Assembly (NCBI GenBank): GCA_965240325.2
Contig: OZ251244.1
Span: 1,116,001 to 1,180,000, forward strand
Length of the DNA: 64,000 bases
From: Rebecca billardiae RCC1528
Lineage: Eukaryota; Protista; Haptophyta
Direction: 5' to 3'
Part shown: piece by piece, positions 58,078 through 64,000 of the stretch
Layout of the letters: every line of letters begins with the position of its first letter
Position numbering within the stretch: position 1 is the first letter of the stretch
Notes under the pieces: generated by a model
The model's database searches: none
Told to the model about the DNA's origin: nothing
What the model saw: only the letters and a program-made list of their open reading frames with translations
Position numbers and translations under genes: made by a program

Positions 58078-58204
58078 TGAGACGGACAGCGTCCGGACTC
58101 CGGTCACGGGTCAGCGGAAACACTGTCACTGTCGTGCGAGAAGTTCTTCGTCTCGCACAGTGTTATTATTTCCGCTGACCGGAGTCCGGACGCTGTCCGT
58201 CTCA
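58078..58204. repeat. Fold-back inverted repeat (MITE-like or hairpin RNA)
   Basis: 29-bp perfect arms TGAGACGGACAGCGTCCGGACTCCGGTCA / reverse complement, with further imperfect inner pairing (GCGGAAA, CACTGT, GTGCGAGA). Confidence 0.85.
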
Positions 58205-58273
58205 CAGATGCTGATCAACGAAGCCTGCCGCCCCTGTCGTCTTCTTCATATGCCACTGGCGCTAACGTCTTAA

Positions 58274-60494
58274 CCCCTATTGTGGAACGATTTTCGGGTT
58301 TTCCGCCCCTAGGGCGAGGTAGTGCGGCTCGGCGAGCGATCTTAAGGTGTCAGGTACTGGCCATGGGTCCTACCGAAGGGACCATACACCTCTGAGGGTG
58401 CGGAGCTCGGAACTCGCCCGCGCGCGCGCGCGCGCGCGCGCGCGCCCGCGGGGTGCGTCGACGGGTCGACTGACCCCTATTGTGGAACGATTTTGGTTCC
58501 TCGCTCAGGACGGTGCCACTGCTGGCTCCTGAGCGTTCGCAGTCGGCCCACTGGCACTCGCCGGCGCGCTGGTGGTGTGGGCACCCGCCCTCGACCCCGC
58601 AGCCGCCGGGGGGCACGTCTTGCCCGCGCGAACCCTCTCCACAATGAGTGATGCGGTCGACGAGCGTGTCCGTCATCGACGCTCGCTCGCCTTCGCGTGG
58701 CGCCTGAGCCGCCGCCGACACCACCGCTTCCAGGGCATGCTGGAGAGCGTCGAGAAGGGCGCGCCGCTACGCAGGAAGAGAAGCGCCGCATCGATGCAGA
58801 CCTGCCGCGTGGTCGGCGCGAAGCCGAGTAGCGCTATCTCCGCGACCCAGTTGGTGTGCATCTGCTCGACCGTCACAGCCGCTCAGCCGCGGCTTCAGCC
58901 CCAGCGGCCTCGACGGGCTGGTCGGGTCCTTCACCATCCGACAGAGCGTGGCCCGTTGTCACGGCGTATGAGCCGAAGTCGGCGACAGCTGTGCCCTCAC
59001 GCAGCTCCCCACTCTACACACAGTCCCTGATGGCTGCATCCGGCGGGTCGTAGTCCACTCGCGCCCAGCCGCTTCGTGCGGCGCGGCTCTCGCGCGGTCG
59101 GCAGGCGATGAAGCTGCTTTGCGGGGTTGGGCGTCGCCTGACGGTCCGGCACCTTCGGCTACGCGTTCGTCATCGCCACCAGTCAGCTCGCGCCGCCGCA
59201 CCGCCCCCCGCCGCGGCGGGGCGTCCTCGACCCTCCAAACCAGGAATCAGCCATGCTGACCTGACCCAATTCGTGTCACTCGCGCTCCATCCACGAGTGC
59301 GGCAGCGGCAAGCCGGCTTGATTCCCTGCCCGGGCTGCTTTCGGGGAGCTCCCAAAAATACCGTGCGCCAGGGATGCCGAACATTGAATCAATGAAAAAT
59401 AAAATTCAATGAATCATTGAATTCATTGACACTGAATCGCGGCAGGATTCAATGATTTCCTGACCAGTAGTAGCAGTGACTAGTAATACTGTGTGTGCAG
59501 CGCTGCCGCGTGCGCGCCGAGCGCGGCGTGCGGGGCTGTGACCGCGGGGCCACCGACGGCGAGTCATGCGGACTGTAGCAGTGCGCACCGAACATGCATG
59601 CACCCATTCCGCCCCCACTATACACGGCATCATCAATATAAGCAAGCAGCAGATTCACTCAGACTCGTCAGAACTCAGAATCGGACGGTGTGCTGGAGTT
59701 CGTCGGATCGGCTAAGTTCCACAGCACCGCGACGGCGCGACCTGGCGGGCGTCACCGTTGCATCGGCGTCCAGTGAGCTGCGGACTGGCTAGTGGCTGAG
59801 GACTGCTGTGGATGATGCCGCCAAGTACATCAAGCGCCGCACTCGGCCATCGGCGCTCTTCAGGGACCTCCGCCTCGCCAACGGACCGCGAGAATTCTCG
59901 GCTCTTGGCAAAGGCCGCCGACAAGGCCACGGCAGCGTCACGCCTGAGTCACGGCTGCGCGCACGCGTGCGCCGAGGAGTCCGGCACGGAGACCCTGCTG
60001 CACGGGTGCAGGACCTCGAGCAGGGTGTCTCCAGCGCCGCCGCCGACTCGGAGGAAGTCTGACACGCTGTAGGGTCACATTCAGCGCCTCTAGACTGCAT
60101 TTAGGCGCCATTTGGGAGAGTCGGAAAAACGTTGAATTCGGATTCATTGAATTCATTGAATTCAGTGAATTCAATGAATTCAATGAAACATTGAAAGGCG
60201 ATTGAGATTCATTGAATCCAGCATCCCTGCCGTGCGCGCCCTCCCGGCCGAAGCTTCGGCCTACAGAAGCCGAAAACCATTTTTTCACACCAGATTCTCA
60301 GCTCTGACTCCAGCAAACGATCGGCTGCGGACGGCGCTGGGGCGGGGCTATGACGACGTTCTTGGGCTCATTGGACGCGCCTTGGCCAGGCGCACACGGC
60401 GGTAGCCGCCGATCTCATCGCCTCCGCGACATCCAAGCTCTACATAGGAAAAACTGGCGCCGTTCCACAATAGGGGTCCGTTCCACAATAGGGG
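58274..60494. mobile_element. Non-autonomous piggyBac-like element (2221 bp including a nested hAT)
   Basis: TTAA|CCCCTATTGTGGAACG ... CGTTCCACAATAGGGG|TTAA: perfect 16-bp TIRs and TTAA TSD. Extra internal TIR copies at 58474-58489 and 60461-60476. No transposase ORF. Confidence 0.9.
59369..60229. mobile_element. Non-autonomous hAT element (861 bp) nested in the piggyBac-like element
   Basis: TIRs CAGGGATGC / GCATCCCTG and a perfect 8-bp TSD CCGTGCGC (59361-68, 60230-37). Dense subterminal ATTGAATTC/TTCAATG repeats at both ends. Confidence 0.9.
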
Positions 60495-60538
60495 TTAAGA
60501 CGCTACTTGGCCTTATATTGGCGGCAGCTTTCGTTCGG

Positions 60539-62023
60539 TCAGCCACTGGCCGCTGTGGCTGCAGCAGTGGGATGAGGCGGGCCACTGGGCTGAAGGACGT
60601 GATGCGCCAATTTACGCATGGCACCACTGTGAAATTCGCACACCCATAACTGCCCTGCCTTGACAGGAGTCGCGCCGTTCTCGCCGAACAACTCGTCCCG
60701 GTTGGAGCACACCGCGTATGCAATGCACACCTCGAAGATGAAGAGCTGCTCAGTCGAAAATAGGAGCTCATCCACTGGCGAGTCGAGCAGATCCGCTGCA
60801 TGGACCGCCCACGGCGCGGTCGCAAAGACGATGCCGATGCCGTTCTGGTTGGGCAGCGCACCTCGCAACCCGCATGCAATGAACTCAAGGTTCTTGCAGA
60901 AAGTGTACCTCGGGTGAAGACCGCTAAGGAAGATGGTAATGAAACCTGCGCGCATACACTCAATGCCGTGCTGGACGTCGCACCCAGCCCGAGGCGGGGC
61001 TCGCTCCTGCGGCACCGTAGTAGCATTCGCAGTTGCAGCCTGCTCTTTCCGTGCGTGTGCCGCCACTCGCGCTAGGATGCGCCGCTCTTGCTCGCGGAGG
61101 GTGTACTGCTCAAAGTCAGTGGGTGGTGTGACGCCAGCGACGTCGAAGCACAGCTGCCGCATGTCCTGGTTGTAGCCGATCAGCATCGGAGTGCCGCCCA
61201 TGGCCGAAGCGCCGCTCCCATCAAATCGTGGGCGGTGCGCTGACATTTCGCATGTCCTTGTGATGCCCTGCACCCAGTTGCGGTCACAGAAGCTGTCGTC
61301 TCCATGAGCGCGCTTTCGCTCAGCTGGGCTCGACGGAAAGATCGTGGCTTCATCCACAGAGGGCGGGCCGGCCAGGGCGTTGGCCCAGCCAGCCACATCG
61401 GCAGGTACGCACGTCGACTTCCCCATGCTTTTGTATACAGCCTTGTTGCCGGCGCCGAGCACCAGCTTGAGCAGGCTGGAGTGGTTGTTTGTGAGGGCGG
61501 CACACATTCTACCGGAAAGCATGCCGGCGGTGCGTGCAGGCTGCGGCGGCGGAATCTTGGTCGTAGTCCTGTTGGGGTAGAAGAGCATCGGCCAATGCAC
61601 CCTGCGCCAAGTCGGTGCAGGCCCCTGCGTCGCCAAACCCACGAGCGCCCTGGCCCTATGCTCATACTCCTTCGCCGCCTCCACCGGCTGCAGCTCGCTC
61701 TCGGGCACGCGTACGCCGGGCGGGCGGGGCACCGGGCGACGAAACGCAGCACCAGCGCGACCAGCGGTGCCTCTCGGGGGGAACTGGGCTGCCTTGATGC
61801 GCTCCGCCGACTCGTCCAGCTCGGGTCTGAGCACGCAGTCCGGCTCGGCCGAGGCATTGAGCTCACTGTCCCGGCAGAAGCCCTGGACCGCGGCCGGACG
61901 CGGCGTTGCCGGGGGCACTGGGATCGCGACAAACAGCAGCAGCACGCCCAGCAGCAAAGCTGCCGCCAGGCAATGACAGCCGCGCATCGTGCCGCAATTC
62001 GATGACGACGAAGCGGGTGCCAT
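60539..62023 (-). CDS. Type II membrane Cys-rich protein of unknown function
   Basis: 494-aa ORF with N-terminal signal anchor (LAAALLLGVLLLFVAI), Pro-rich stem, and a globular Cys-containing C-terminus (FCDRNW, FCKNLEFIACGLRGALPNQ..IVFATAP, EVCIAYAVCSNRDELF, WVCEF). Confidence 0.7.
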   Translation of the reverse strand: MAPASSSSNCGTMRGCHCLAAALLLGVLLLFVAIPVPPATPRPAAVQGFCRDSELNASAEPDCVLRPELDESAERIKAAQFPPRGTAGRAGAAFRRPVPRPPGVRVPESELQPVEAAKEYEHRARALVGLATQGPAPTWRRVHWPMLFYPNRTTTKIPPPQPARTAGMLSGRMCAALTNNHSSLLKLVLGAGNKAVYKSMGKSTCVPADVAGWANALAGPPSVDEATIFPSSPAERKRAHGDDSFCDRNWVQGITRTCEMSAHRPRFDGSGASAMGGTPMLIGYNQDMRQLCFDVAGVTPPTDFEQYTLREQERRILARVAAHARKEQAATANATTVPQERAPPRAGCDVQHGIECMRAGFITIFLSGLHPRYTFCKNLEFIACGLRGALPNQNGIGIVFATAPWAVHAADLLDSPVDELLFSTEQLFIFEVCIAYAVCSNRDELFGENGATPVKAGQLWVCEFHSGAMRKLAHHVLQPSGPPHPTAAATAASG

Positions 62024-62057
62024 GCCGGATCGTTTGCGGGACGGCGGACGGCAGCGC

Positions 62058-62187
62058 TAAATCAGCCCGGGCTGATTTAAGCTTATCTCAGCCCGGGCTG
62101 ATTTAAGCCCTTAAATCAGCCCGGGCTGAGATAAGCTCGCGCGGAGCTTATCTCAGCCCGGGCTGATTTAAGGGCTTAAATCAGCCC
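62058..62187. repeat. Array of palindromes (TCAGCCCGGGCTGA x4.5) including a perfect 44-bp hairpin
   Basis: Core copies at 62062, 62088, 62116 and 62153, with a half copy at 62181. 62095-62138 is the exact reverse complement of 62144-62187 (5-nt loop). Confidence 0.92.
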
Positions 62188-62779
62188 AGCGGCTCGCGAC
62201 TCGGCCACCGTGGACTCGGAGCGCACGTCGCGCGGTGCGGCCCGCCCGCTCCATGGCTGCACGCGCTGCTGTGTCTTCGGTGGCCACAGGGTGAAGTGCG
62301 CTGAGTCTAGTGGCGGGCGCCCAGCTCCACCCACCCCCTTCTCCCTGGCCCGCCCCGCCTGCCCTCGCCCGCATCGGATGCCTTCCTCGCGCATGCAACT
62401 CCACGGCGGCAACTCGGCTTGTGGACTTGCTGCCCGCATGAGAAGCATGCAGCCAACACCATGGACGCACCATCGACGTTCGCCAGTTGACCATGTCCGC
62501 GCGTAGTCGCACGCGGGTGAACACGGCCCGTGCGCTACAGTCGGTTGTGTGCTGTTGCCATTGCACGTTGTTCAAAATGTGCTGAACGTTGCCACCGCGG
62601 CCGCCGCGCGCGGGCGTACCGGTGCCAGCGGCACAGGCATGGGCACCGGCGCAGCTCCATGGACGATCATGGCGCTGCGGCTAGTGGGCGCGCCGACGCC
62701 GGCACGCCCGCAGCTGTCGGCGCGCACGGCGAGCACGCAAAGCTCGCAGCGCGTGCCGCGGCTCAGGGGCTGGTGCGCA

Positions 62780-63680
62780 CGGACAGCAAGCTAAGGTTGC
62801 GGTGTGCGCCGCGGTCCGCACGCACGCAGCGGCCGCCGCATGCGCCACGCGCGCGGTGGCCGCCGCGCGCGCCGCGGTTGCCGCGCGCGCCGTGGCTGCC
62901 GCGCGCGCCGCGGCGGACCAGCGCGCCGCGGCCGTGCGCGACGACCGAAGGCTAGTCTGTGGCGGATAGCGAGCGAGCGCGCCGCCGCGGCCAGTGAGCG
63001 CGCAGCGGCCGGCGAGCACGCTCAGCCTCATCGCGCAACTGTCACGTGTTGGCGCCAGGCTTGATGGGCACCTGCGGCGTTGGACCAATGGGCATCTGTG
63101 GCCCGTGCGGTGCGCGCTCGCCGGTTGCGGTGGCGCGCTCGCCAATACCTACGCATGCTGGCGCGGCCTGCTCACCGGTCGCGGTGGCGCAAGCCCCGGC
63201 TGCACCATCCATCCGCGCCGGTTGCGGCGCGCTCACTAGCCGCAGCGGCAAGCTCGCTATCCGCCACAGACTCGCCTTCGGTCGCCGTGCGCGGGGCGGT
63301 CGCGGCGCGTTGGTCGGCCTCGGCGCGCTCGCCAGCCGCGGCGCGCGCGGCAGCCGCGGCGCGCGCAGCAGCCACGGCGCGCTCGCCGGCCGGGCGCGAC
63401 GGCCGAGTTACGCTGTCTGCCGCCGTGGCGCGCTTACCGGCCGCAGCGCGCGTGGCAGCCGCGGCGCAATCGCCAGCCGCGCGGCGCGCGGCAGCCGCGG
63501 CGCGCTCACCGGCCGGGCGCGCTCAGCAGCCGCGGCGCGCTCGCCGGCCGCAGCGCGCTCGCCGGCTGCGGCGCGCAAGACGGCTGCGGCGCGCGCGGCG
63601 GCCGTTGTGTGCACGCGGACCACGGTGCGCGCGGCGACCTTGGCGTGCTCGCCAAGCGCGCCGAAAGCTGCGAGCGCGAG
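62780..63680. repeat. GC-rich minisatellite region with an imperfect inverted duplication
   Basis: GACCGAAGGCTAGTCTGTGGCGGATAGCGAGC (~62943-62974) is inverted at ~63252-63283. It is flanked by mirror-image arrays of ~18-nt GGCAGCCGCGGCGCGCGC-type units. Confidence 0.6.
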
Positions 63681-64000
63681 GGCGCCGGTGAGCCCACCAG
63701 CTGCGGCGCCACGACCGTCGACAGTGTATTACTCTGCCGAAGCGCCTGCCACGCTTGAGACGCAGCGAGCCGCACACCACAGCTGTCAGCTGATGGTCCA
63801 AGCTCGGTCATGAACCGGCAGCCGCCGCGCAGAGTAGTGCGCCGCGCGAAGGGACTGTTTCGATCTGACGGGATCGCGATGACTGGCTGATCCAGCGTCG
63901 AGCGTGACCGGCAAGTATGCCAAGCTGGGCAAGCACATGCCGCAACGCGCGAACGGTACAAGGGCAACGCGGTACAAGGGCGACGGCACACGGCAGACAG

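Noticed and set aside
62058-62187. CRISPR array interpretation of the palindromic repeats
   Set aside because: The spacers are themselves repeated/inverted and too short, and there are no unique spacers.
1-64000. tRNA/rRNA genes or prokaryotic operon/defence island
   Set aside because: None recognised. The intron-containing genes show this is eukaryotic nuclear DNA.

Overview
Very GC-rich eukaryotic nuclear DNA, not prokaryotic. Genes are split by short GC-rich spliceosomal introns, mostly with GTGCGC donors and (C)AG acceptors. This style and the gene content suggest a haptophyte alga, possibly Pavlovales such as Diacronema (inference). Most of the supplied ORFs are GC-driven artefacts. After manual splicing I can support about 16 protein genes: a multi-TM protein with a TIR-like domain (truncated by the window start); three paralogous F-box+RCC1 proteins; an NHX-type Na+/H+ exchanger; an orphan PLP-fold enzyme; a multi-cNMP-binding protein; a membrane-tethered multicopper oxidase on a Ser-Pro stalk with an SEA-like module; an adjacent ~2300-aa secreted VWD/Cys-repeat/extensin/poly-Asp protein; an EF-hand-like protein; a DMT/EamA transporter; FIP1; an apparent PAS + SLC4 band-3 cytoplasmic domain + OCA2/P-protein transporter fusion with a +1 frame break; a PAN/apple-like protein; a probable Tat-targeted thylakoid lumen protein; and a Cys-rich type II membrane protein. 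Mobile DNA: an internally deleted pogo-like element with an intron-containing DDE transposase remnant, a non-autonomous piggyBac-like element carrying a nested hAT element, a further ~1.9-kb TIR element, and several long palindromes. The most interesting items are the laccase + cross-linkable matrix protein pair (16.9-28.2 kb) and the PAS/band-3/OCA2 chimeric transporter (46.8-51.4 kb). All domain calls come from motif recognition by eye, not database searches.
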